A stretch of DNA of 64,000 nt from Squalus acanthias (lineage: Eukaryota), in assembly GCA_030390025.1 (NCBI GenBank), contig CM059438.1:17298001-17362000 (forward strand), given 5' to 3'. The notes beneath the pieces are model-generated. The model saw only the letters and a list, made by a program, of their open reading frames with translations. It did no database searches and was not told where the DNA came from. A program made the position numbers and the translations under genes. Of the stretch, positions 53,669 to 64,000 are shown one piece after another. How positions within the stretch are numbered: the first letter of the stretch is position 1; every line of letters begins with the position of its first letter.

Positions 53669-54849
53669 TAATATAACCACTATGCCCTGATGCTGTGTTA
53701 TTGCAATCTTTTAGCGTGATCAGTGCAGTCCGGTTGTAGTGATCATTTTAGTGGCAGTTCCCCATTGTTGGAAGATAATTGTCTCTATTATATCATTAAT
53801 CTGCAGCATCTGCCATGTGAATGAGGAATGACATTATTAATGAGCTGCTGATTGTCCTGGATTTAACTGGTTATATGTAAAGTATCCTGAAATTGACTCA
53901 ATGGCAACACAATGGGAAATGCTGCTGTGCGGTCACCAGCACTTTCAGTGTTCTACTTAGAATGTCGCTTTTGGTCAAGAGCCATGAATACAACAAAATA
54001 AAAGCACCATCATTTTTTTCCCCCTTCTGAACAGCGATAGGAAGGACAAGCTAAACAGTTATTTAATCAGCGGTTTAAATGACAATGAATACTGAGCAAT
54101 TTTGCTCAGCAGTGCAGTACACCTTGTGGATCCTGGAATCAGTACACATCTGGGATGGCAAAAGTTTGAATCACTTGGGGCAGTGGCCAAACTGATCGCA
54201 ATAACAGGATTCCATTGTTCCTCCTTTGGAGTACAATCTGCCCCTGATTTTCACGGAATTCAGCATTGCTTTGTGCAGAGGAGGTCTCAATGCTGATTGG
54301 TATTGATGAACTCTCGGCACCAAAGGATGTAAAAGAGTTTTCCTTGCCAGCGAAAACCTCGAGCCAACAGCAGTTGTTGAGTCCTCACCAGCCACATGAC
54401 TTAAGTTGGAGAAGGCTATGTGTGCCCTCAGGACCCTCACTACTGCGTTTTGAATCAATTTGGAATGTATTCAACCACAGTGATCAATCTATAGAGCATC
54501 TTTGATTTGTGTTTGATTTTCTAACACACCTACAGCTTTGCTTCTTTGATGAGCAGGAACCAGAGGTCTGGTTGCACAGAGTATTAAGTAAAGCCATGTG
54601 GTCGAAGTGGATTTTTAAAATTTAAATCCACAGTTTTGATTCTGACAACAAGGCTTTATGCTGAGCTTTGCACGAGCTGTGCAATTCTGGAAAGCATGGG
54701 TTGTCAATAGACAACACAAACACATGACGTGGAGGGCAATCAGTGGTAAGGATCTGTGACAAAGTATGCAAATCTTGAAGCAAAGTGCTGGTATTGGAAA
54801 ACAAGAAAAATGCATTCCATGTGGAGACATAAGGTCCTTAGATCAACAA

Positions 54850-55000
54850 CTCCAACTCTAATCTCTCTTTTCTCTCCAAGGCATTTGTGTGCATCATTGC
54901 CACCCAGCTCTACAATCACCTCTAGCACCACTCCCTGTTCAAATATCTTCAGTCCAGTTTGCTGGCCCACAGCAGTGAGACAGCCTGGCCAAAGTCCAAG
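54850..55000 (+). mobile_element. Old L2 RT relic
   Basis: SNLSFLSKAFVCIIATQL..SLF..LQS..HSSETA resembles L2 SNLPFLSKVLE..QL..QSGFR..HSTETA. Confidence 0.65.
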
Positions 55001-56167
55001 ATATTCTGCGCGGCTGAAATTATGGTGCGCTATCCCTCCTTGTCCTCCATGACCTGTGTCATTCTATGTTCTAAGGGCAACTAAATGTACAGATGTGCAA
55101 ATGGGGACATTGAGTGAGAAGTGGATTTGGATGCCTTCTGTGGAGCAATAGTTTGCCAACACAAAGTTTTGACTTGTGCATGAATCACCACTGTGGTTAA
55201 ATCACTATTTTTCCTTCCACACAGTGACGTGGCCCCTGAACTGAATGTCATCAGGTTATCTCCCGCAAATGCACACAGCTTTAAGTTATTTGACAAAAAG
55301 TTGCATCACTTTTCGAAACAGTTCATTTCAGGCTGTTCCAAGAAGACTGTAAACACCCAGCAGGTTAATAAGACAACAATTCTTAATGGTTCTGCATTTA
55401 TGTTTCGAGACTTAGGTTTCACCTGACCTCTGAAATCTTTCTGCTGAATAACCTTCAAGACAGACATGGTGGAAGACCCTATTTATTTAGCTTAATGATG
55501 TTATGTCTAACTTCGCAAGTGGAAAGGAATTCATTGTTTAGTGGTAAGAATGAGAATTTACCACACTGAACAATAATGAATTGTAACTGTTTAAAGTAAA
55601 AGTAAACAAGAGGCCAGGCCAAGCCAAGCCAAAACCGACAGGAAATGCCCAATGCAATTCATTTTCTTGTCACAACTTAATGAAAAGAATCCTTAGTAAT
55701 TGTTCTATTGAAATGTATTCATCCAAAATGCCTGGAGATGCACCAGTAGAAGTGAAAAGTGTGATCCTTCCTTGGATATCATGCCCATTTCTTTCCTAAA
55801 CAATCACATAAACCATTCATTCTACATGTCCGATCTACATGTCCGATCTGCTTCTCAGAAGGAAAATAATTAATTCTGCATCTGAGATTTTAGCATTGTT
55901 AATATCTAGATCTTCCTAAACCACTTGTGGATATTACATAAGATACGGTACCATTATTAGTTGCGTAAACACCAAGAAAAATTAGGAGCTTTATGCCATT
56001 TTCCTGATGGCATCACCAAAATACATTTAATAAATTAAAGTCTAAAATCAAAGAACTTTACAGCACAAATGGAAGACATTTATCCCATCATGTTTGTGCC
56101 TAATTAGTTCCATTCCTGTCTTTTCCTCAAACCTCTTTCAAACTTCATTTTTCAAATATTTTTCTGT

Positions 56168-56545
56168 CTTGCCTCTGAGTCAGAAGATCGTGAGTTTAAA
56201 AGCCAATCCAGGATTTGAGCATATAATACTTCAGGGTAGTACTACATTGTCAGAGATGCTGTTTTTCAAATATGCCCTCTCAGTGGCCTAAAAGATTCCA
56301 GGGCACTAATAAAAAAAGACCAGGGGAGTTCTCCCAGTGTCCTGGCCAACAGTTATCCCTCAACAAACACCACCAAAAACAGGCCATTCATCTCACTGCT
56401 ACTTGTGGGATCTTACTGTGCACACACTGGTTGCCGAGTTAGCCTACAAAACAACACTTCAAAAATAATTCATTGGCTGTAAGGCACTTTGGGACATACT
56501 GAGGACGTTGAAGGCACCATATAAATGGAAGTTCTTTGTTTTCTT
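56168..56545 (+). mobile_element. Deu-domain SINE (SacSINE1-like), near full length with internal deletions
   Basis: ttgcctctgagtcagaag head; ggggagttctcccagtgtcctggccaac; tail gcactttgggacat..aaggcaccatataaat. Confidence 0.78.
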
Positions 56546-56879
56546 TCTTTATCCACTTCCCTTTTCAAAGCTATTATGGATTCTTCTTTCACCATGTCCT
56601 GACAACCCACTGTGGGGAAAGAAAATTGCCCCTTCATTTTTTTTGATGATCTTAAATTTATGCACTTTTAACAGTTTTTCCCCATCTACCTCATCAAAAC
56701 TCTTCATAATTTTGAGTACCTACTAATGTAATATGCATTATTATGGCAATGTTTATTATACCTTTCACTAAAATATGAGACATAATTGAGTAGAGCTAAG
56801 ATGTGCAAGAATATCAGTTTTCAATAATGCCCTCTCTTCTTGATGGCAGGCAAATGATCAGGTTTCAGAAATTCAATGC

Positions 56880-57455
56880 AAATTGCTCAAATATGCAGAT
56901 GATACCAAATTAGTGGGGGCAGTGGAATTGGAGGAATCAGCTCAGAAATTACAGAAAGAATTGGATAAAATATGTAAGTGGGCAGAACAATGACAGATGA
57001 CAGTTAATGTAGCCAAGTGTTAAGTACTGCATATAGGAAAAATAGGCAACACATGCGGTGGATGGTGTTAAAATAGCTAAGGATGAAGCTACAGGACACC
57101 TGCAAGTCTCAGTAGAATCAAAGCTCAACGTATCCAACTAATGCAATGCTGCAATCACCAAAGCCAACAGACCGTTGAACAACATAGCCAAAACAGTAGA
57201 ATACAAATCAACGAAAGTCATGATCAAACTGTACCGTACTATCCGGTTCTGGTCACCGACACACAAGGGAGTCATTAAAGTGCTGGAGGCAGTGCAGAGA
57301 ACTATGAGGCTGATCTAGTGTCAGGAGTCTGAGTTATGAGAAAAGGCCAGAAAGAGTTGAACCTTTCAGCCTCAAAGGGAGGCATTTGAGAGGTGTTGCT
57401 ATAGTTAAGGAATGAATATGGGCTAAATGGCCTTCCTCATCTGTAATCATCTTGT
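56880..57455 (+). mobile_element. Old CR1 RT relic
   Basis: KYADDTKL, LQKELDKICKWAEQ, NVAKC*VLHIG, LEAVQR with stop codons. Confidence 0.8.
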
Positions 57456-57524
57456 GAAACGTGAGCAAATATGGGAACTATACCAGGGGGAATGGCAAGA
57501 GTGGGAGATGGTGAGTGACTTGAA

Positions 57525-57605
57525 AAAAAAGACTTGCATTTATATAGCGCCTTTCACAACCACCGGATGTCCCAAAGCGCTTTATAGCCAATGAAGTATT
57601 TTATG
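57525..57605 (-). mobile_element. Deu-SINE/L2-type 3' tail
   Basis: gacttgcatttatatagcgcctttcac..gtcccaaagcgcttta..gccaatgaagta. Confidence 0.75.
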
Positions 57606-57656
57606 AAACATTACACAGTGGTGGGAACTAGGGCATCAAAAACAAAGGCTGCGGGT

Positions 57657-58236
57657 ACAGGAACATAGGAACAGGAGTAGGCCATTGAGCCTGTTCTACC
57701 ATTCAATGAGATCAGGGCTGATCTGTGACCTAAGTCCATATACCCGCCTTTGGCCCATATCCCTTAATACCTTTGGTTAACAAAAAGCTATCAATCTCCG
57801 ATTTAAAATTAACAATTGATCTAGCATCAATTGCCGTTTGTGGAAGAGAGTTCCAAACTTCTACCACCCTTTGTGTGTAGAAGTGTTTCCTAATTTCACT
57901 CCTGAAGGTGTGGCTCTAATTTTTAGACTATGCCCCCTAGTCTTAGAATCCCCAACCAGCGGAAATAGTTTCTTTTTATCTACCCTATTGGTTCCCCTTA
58001 ATATCTTGAAAACTTCGATCAGATCACCCCTTAACCTTCTAAATTCTAGGGAAAACAACCCTAATTTGTGTAATCTCTCCTCGTAACTTAACCCTTCAAG
58101 TCTTGGTATCATTCTGGTAAATCTGCGCTGCACTCCCTCCAAGGCCAATATATCCTTCCTAAGGTGTGGTGCCCAGAACTGCTCACAGTACTCCAGGTGT
58201 GGTCTAACCAGGGTTTTGTATAGCTGCGGCATAACT
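57657..58236 (-). mobile_element. CR1 LINE 3' fragment
   Basis: LYKTLVRPHLEYCEQFWAPHLRKDILALEGVQRRFTRMIP..RRLRGDLIEVFKI. Confidence 0.95.
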
Positions 58237-59579
58237 TCAGCAGATCAACAGCAGCAGAGGTGTTGTGATTGTTGGAGGGCCAGAGGGAAGGAGGTTGGGA
58301 ATTTGAGAATGAACTTGAGAGGGAGATAGGGGAGGAAGAGTTTTTCCATGGGGCAGAGAGTGAGAGCACTGGAATTGGTAGAAGGTAGACCAATTTGCAC
58401 TGCAAAAAATGGAATAATTTGCCTATAAATGCAATGCTAAGTTGTTACGGGAAATGTGACACAAGAAGTGGAACAAAATCCATGCTAGACATACCTAATT
58501 ATATTATAGCTAGATGTAGCAGTGTATAATAAAACAAATACACTGTGCATCTTTCAGATAAACGCCCCTCTGGGTAACATCGGAGAATGTGTGTGTTGTA
58601 ATGCTTATGGCCTTCGGCCTCAGACATAATTACATATTATTGTTTACTTATGTAACTCTCTGCTCAATAGTTTACTAGTCTAAGTCTAAACTGTAATCAA
58701 TATTAATATAATATTGAATACATTTAAGTTGAAAGGCTAAACAGCATTGGCCGCAAAATTCTCCCTTAATAGATTATTTAGTTAAGCTCAACCATACAGA
58801 CCAGAAAGGCCCTGGATTTGATACCTGGTCTATATGGAGTAAGTTCTCGGGCAGAAGGATGGTAGAGTTGATAGGGTAGCCTCAGTGGGCCAAAAATTCC
58901 CATTTTTTTGGGTGCAATAGTGCTGCAGTTCTGGTGTAGGGGACTGGATTTGGGGCATACATCAGATACAACAGTTAACCTGTTCTAAAGTACATGCTGC
59001 CCATGGGTATACGTATGCAAATGACAGTCGAAGCTGCTGTCCTCGAAATTCCACACTTTACACCAAAATTCCAATGGCTTAAGCTTGTAGAAAAGAGGGG
59101 CATGTTATCTGCATGACTTGTCAAACCAAGTGATTGAGATCACAGGCTTTGAAAGCCTACAAATTTTCTCTGAGACATCAGCTTCGACAGAAGCAATTCG
59201 AACAATCTTTTCTCAGATGTGCAAGCTGCCTTTCAGCAGTTTCAGACAGGGAAATCTTTTGCATCCCACCTTCTGTCAAAGAGCCCTTACTTTGGGCAAT
59301 GCTAAACTTTCCATACATGTCCTTGCAATAGAGGTAGAACAGGAGCATTAGCAAGAGGAAATGAGAGACACACACAAGAGCACACTATATAAAGGAGAAG
59401 ATGACCAACCAGAAGTTAACCTTCCACTAAAGCCTACAAACCAAGCCACCCCCTCGATGATGTCTCAGATGAGGTCTGCTTAAGAAAGCAATGATTCAGT
59501 AAGGAAACATAGAAAGAACTCTGTCTCCTCTTGTAAAATGACCTCTAAACATCCTCTCAAACACCTTTACAAATTCATT

Positions 59580-60350
59580 GGCCGCAAAATTCGGCTCCTT
59601 TGCGCCTTCCGTTAGCGCCTCTGGGGATCGCTAACGGGGCGCAAAGGGCTTACCGCCCGGGATGAGGTAACGCCTCCCGAGAAATTTGCCGGGGCATTGC
59701 TGAGGCGCTACCCGATAGCACCTCGCCCCTGCCGCTAGCGTCCCGGGCTGCTGCGCCACCGGTGATGACGTCATCGCCATGCAACACGACCCATTAGCGC
59801 CCCACTGTGGCCCCTTACCGCCCTGCGGCAGGAATTCGGCTGTGTCCTGCAAGGCTGCTGCAGGCGATGTCAGCGCCAGCCTCGCGGGTCATGAACCGGG
59901 CCGCACTCCGCTGGCGGGGCGGCATTTAAAAGGTGAGGTGCGGCTGCAACCCGCGCCGCCATTTTCATCTTTTGGCCAACCCTCCAGGTCGGCCCTCCGT
60001 GGCAGCACTTGGCGTGGTCCGTGGCCGCCATCGTACAGCCTGGCACCGCATCTCAGTGCCGGGCTGCAGCCACGGCACTACACTGCCCTGGTGGGCTAAT
60101 GTGGGTCATCGGAGGCCCTGCAGAGTTTGCCGCGTTCCTCCTCTTTAACGGAAGGGGGGGCGGGGCGGTGAAACGCGTCAGCGCTACGCGGAGCGGGCGC
60201 GTAGTGCTCCGGCGTTACCGCGCTTTGCGCCCCTGACACCGCCCCGAGAGGAAGTGGAGCGTCCGAGATAGCGCTCGATTTCCTCTCTGGGGCAGTAAGC
60301 CGAATTTAGCGGTCGGGGCGATACTTCCGCAGTAACCGAATTTCGCGCCC
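59580..60350. mobile_element. GC/CpG-rich MITE (PIF/Harbinger-like), 771 bp
   Basis: TIRs ggccgcaaaattcgg / ccgaatttcgcgccc; perfect 3-bp TSD ATT. Confidence 0.88.
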
Positions 60351-60626
60351 ATTATATTTTAAAACACCAGCCTTAAACATAAATCAATCCCAAAATTCTC
60401 TGTGAAGAAAACAAATCAAAAGTCACGAAACGTGACAGCAATATATAAAAGCCAATTCTTTCTTCTTTCTAAACCAACCTGTTGGTGAGCATAGAGCCTT
60501 AATATATGTACATTTTAATTTAGCTGCTACAACATAAAACACATACCTTTTTGGATCTACCGATACTCATCTGTAATTAATTATTGCAACATTTGAGAGA
60601 AAATCAACCACGGAATGATAGCTTAC

Positions 60627-60845
60627 AGATGCATCTGGTTGAGCATTGTTGAATTAATGTACCACATTATGCCAGTGACTATTAAAATAGCTATTATGCT
60701 GGCTACCAAGATGGTAAACCTCAACATTTTTAATGAAAATATTTCCGTAGAAAACTTTGATATGGCACAGTAATTCAATGAAAAGCATGATTGTAATATT
60801 GAAACCACTAAATTGCTATGGATTTTTTTGCCAAGGTCGGATACA
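60627..60845 (-). CDS. Candidate host exon encoding a hydrophobic TM/signal-anchor segment (..KMLRFTILVASIIAILIVTGIMWYINSTMLNQMH)
   Basis: Acceptor ttgtattctttattttaag|, donor CT|gtaagc, 219 nt, open phase 2-2; ATG at 60727 with A at -3; not repeat-like; no homologue recognised with certainty. Confidence 0.35.
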
Positions 60846-63800
60846 CTTAAAATAAAGAATACAATTCGTCCTTTTGAGGAAATATACACCACTTTAAGCA
60901 GCTAAAAATACTTCCACTAAGTAAGTGAAGCAGTAATCAATAGACTGGTTGACTGGGAACATAATCTGTTCTCACAGTGTACATTAAATGCTCATATCCA
61001 CTAGTATGGAATCCTTGAATGTGATATTTGTTTTACTTTTTATGCTGTAGTTGCAAAAACTAAAATTCCTGCAGGATTCCAAAAGTTATGAAATAATAAC
61101 AGACTTAAGAGAATTTCAATGAATTACAGTTCAAAAAGGCACCTGAGGGCAAAGATCAAAATTAACACGAATGCTGTAACCCAAATTGACAATTAATAGT
61201 GGCTGCTTAATTAAGTCCTCACAGAGAGAAAAGGAAGCATTTCTGTTGTAACTGGTGCTCAGTCCATTTTCTCAGCAAGTAACAAGGTACTATAATTAAT
61301 TTAAGGTGCAGTAATTTATGAAAATTAAATACCTTTACAGGAAAATAATATAAATGTAGTGCATAGCCATAAATCAGCCATGGTGAAAAGTATAGGCACT
61401 ACAGAGTGTTTCTTTATTACAAAATAACAGGCTGACTGAAAGCCAGATTTTAAGAAATATATTAACTCCAAAGAGGTCTGTTTAGCTCAGGGGGTATCAG
61501 ATAACAATGGAGCTATGGCACATTTGCATGTCCACTGAACATGCTAGTAACCATAGTTCAGTACAGTGGATTAAACAAGTTCGATTCCCACAGTTTTAAT
61601 TATAGTTATCAATAATATTTTGTCTTAGGTGACTTAGTATTAAGCTTTGCAAAATGTTAACTTCCAGGTGCATACCAAGACTATGGCTCTTATGTTTTTC
61701 CTATTTTCAATAATCCCTAAACCACTGTGTGCACCTATACTATTATCCTTTACTTATTCAAGCTTCTCACAATCTCATGAGTTTTCAGAATTGCATGTTA
61801 AAATAGACATATTTGCAGCCCACTGGCAAAAAAGATAAGCAGACGGATGTCGTAATAATCTGTTTACCAATATATGTAATGAATGTCATCAGCTATTAAG
61901 GTGTGCACTTTTCTCCCTCCAAAACAGTTTAGAAGGGAAATGTATGCAAAATCAAAAGAAAATAATCTGTGTTCTCTATTCCTTTAACCCTCCATATGCA
62001 GTTTACAAACTACATGTACGTTTCTGTCATGCAACACCTGCATCTATTATAAATCAGAAATTAGAAAAATCTAGTGTTCTTGGATTAAATTATATCTTTT
62101 TTTCCAAAATGCCTTAAACCAACCATTCGTACTTAAAATATTTGCAAATGTGAAAAGTGGTTCCCACAGCATTTATGAACTAAAAAATACTACTCCAAAG
62201 TGACTTTAAATAATTAAAGGATGATATAATCTCTTCACTGTACATACTTCTTAATTTTTTTCTTGTATGTTGAGACAGATTACGTCGAAGAGTTAAGAGT
62301 ATGTTTTGTGAAATATACAGATAGAAATTGCCATCAGCTTTACACAAAAATAAAGCTATTTTGAAACAATCTCAAACATTATTACTTTGACAATTTCAAT
62401 GTACTAGTTAACCTCTCAAGGCTCTGTTCACAATGAGTCACAGGTTGCACTAATACAAGGGAAGGGGGAAGGATGGGTGTAGAAGTGGGGGAGGTGTGCC
62501 GATTACAAATAAGTTTGTAAGCGATCTCCATAGAAAAATTTAAGTGTTCTTTGACTGGCTCCTGGAGAGTAAACATTTTCTTTGCCATTGCAGGTATATA
62601 AATAATGTTAAAAGGGAACAGCTCTATCTTTACTGTCCCGTTTAGTGCGCCCGTTTTCATAGCAAGTACCAAGAACAACATACATTTTAAGATTAATTTA
62701 ATATTTCCTTCTTTACCAAAATTCTCTGCAACAATACTTAGTTTCCAAAACATTCTACTTCAACTAAACTTAAATAATATTACAGCCCTCCAGAATTTGC
62801 TAATTATTTATATAAACAATGCTTGTTGTTAAGAGTTCGGAATATAACAATGAATAAAAAAAGGCAGCATTGCAAAGATAAAAACCTCCTCTGAACCATG
62901 TGCCAGTTTTCTTCTCAGCTCTATGTGTGGCTCTCTTAACTGTTACTTTCTGACTATATTTGCAGATCAGCTGGTATATAATGAGCGCCATTTTGCTTTC
63001 AAAGATATCTCAAAAATGTTGCTAAGTTTGTGCTTGACCTCTTTTTATACAAACATTCTAGTTACTCCTAAAAATTGTTCACCTGGTGTTTTTCTAATGG
63101 AGAGGATGGGGCTTACAAACAGCATGTCCTGGCATGCTAAGTGAATGGCCACTGTTGTTGTCAATCCTAAAAGCTGATGCAGGAGAATAATGGGAGCTGT
63201 AGGATGCTACCCTGGTCAGTCTAGAGCTGACAAATACACCTGGGAACCTGCACGAACTTGAGTCTCAGGCTTTTCACACAAGCTCACGCTCTGATGGAAA
63301 ACATCATTAAAAGCACTTCTTTTAATAAAATACCACTGTATAGGGCAAGCTTAATCTTTTTTGCAAAAATATTTATGTCTTTATTAAATTACCAACTTTA
63401 TTTCCGCTACTAAGTGCCCAGCTTAGTGAAGAACCTAAAATAATGACTAAAAGGATTCTCAAAAAAAGTGATTTGGTTGGTTTGCTTATTAAAAAATGGT
63501 ATCTGTTGCTGACTACTCATTTTTCATTCAATAATTTTGAACTTCAGAACGAAGTTTATACACGATCTCGCCAGAAATAGTGAAGTATTATTTGACTGAT
63601 TCCTAGAAAGTAAATGTTGTCCTAGCCATTGCAGGCAGATAAGTAATAAATAAATATCTGCATGTAAAGAGAAAGCATGATTGGTAGTTTTCATTTTAAC
63701 TTGCAAATTGCTGACTGGTATGTTTCATATTTGTTCCAATGTCATTTATTGCTGCTTTATGATGATTACATTTGAGTCAGTCACATGCAAGTGTGACCGA

Positions 63801-64000
63801 AATTTGTATCTAGGTGACCAGCACACCTTAAGTATGACAGACAAAGCAGGCACTAGATTTGAGGAGCGATAGAGGAAAAGGGAAGAAGACAGAGTGAAAC
63901 ATGATCTCCTGTGCTATCAGTCATGGTGGGTCAGAGGATATGCTCAAGTGTAACTTGGAGTGATACTTATAAGAGGGGTGCGATACAAGGGGTGTGCGAT

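Larger units (their letters stand above)
51945..53690 (-). mobile_element. tRNA-headed SINE (SINE-C) with a FADDCT-LINE-derived 3' tail, split by a solo LTR and a CR1 scrap
   Basis: Tail catttattgccca..gccttg..ggtggtg..gccgccttcttga matches the LINE 3' end at 35500-35560; body resumes at 53371; ggtgggatttg near 53550 resembles a reversed B box. Confidence 0.75.

Noticed and set aside
55081-55296. KLCAFAGDN..GRKNS as a hAT transposase motif
   Set aside because: No supporting CxxH or other hAT motifs in neighbouring frames.
60547-60570. 24-nt mini-exon (MSIGRSKK) with ag/gt signals
   Set aside because: The intron from 60626 would be only 56 nt, and joining creates an immediate stop codon.
1-64000. 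CRISPR arrays, operons, rRNA or intact tRNA genes
   Set aside because: None seen; the DNA is eukaryotic and tRNA-like boxes belong to SINE heads.

Overview
Repeat-rich vertebrate genomic DNA. The repeat complement (CR1/HER1-type LINEs, L2, a second CR1/L2-group LINE, Deu-domain and other tRNA SINEs, a Penelope-like element, GC-rich PIF/Harbinger MITEs) points to a cartilaginous fish, probably a shark. The window looks intronic or intergenic: every ORF with a recognisable product is transposon-derived and no host gene can be named. The only credible host-coding signal is a minus-strand, fully open 219-nt candidate exon (60627-60845) encoding a signal-anchor/TM segment. Best structural finds: (1) a 1248-bp solo LTR (TG..CA, perfect GGAC target duplication) splitting a SINE; (2) a probable second solo LTR with four CCAAT boxes, a strong splice donor and AATAAA; (3) a Penelope-like inverted repeat carrying two decayed minimal hammerhead ribozymes; (4) a set of PIF/Harbinger-type MITEs, one with an orphan duplicate left end; (5) a Kolobok/T2-like TTAA MITE; (6) several nested insertions giving a relative TE chronology. 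I cannot support a claim of a wholly new biological system. Repeat family names come from recalled consensus resemblance, not a database search. Boundaries without a TSD or TIR are approximate.
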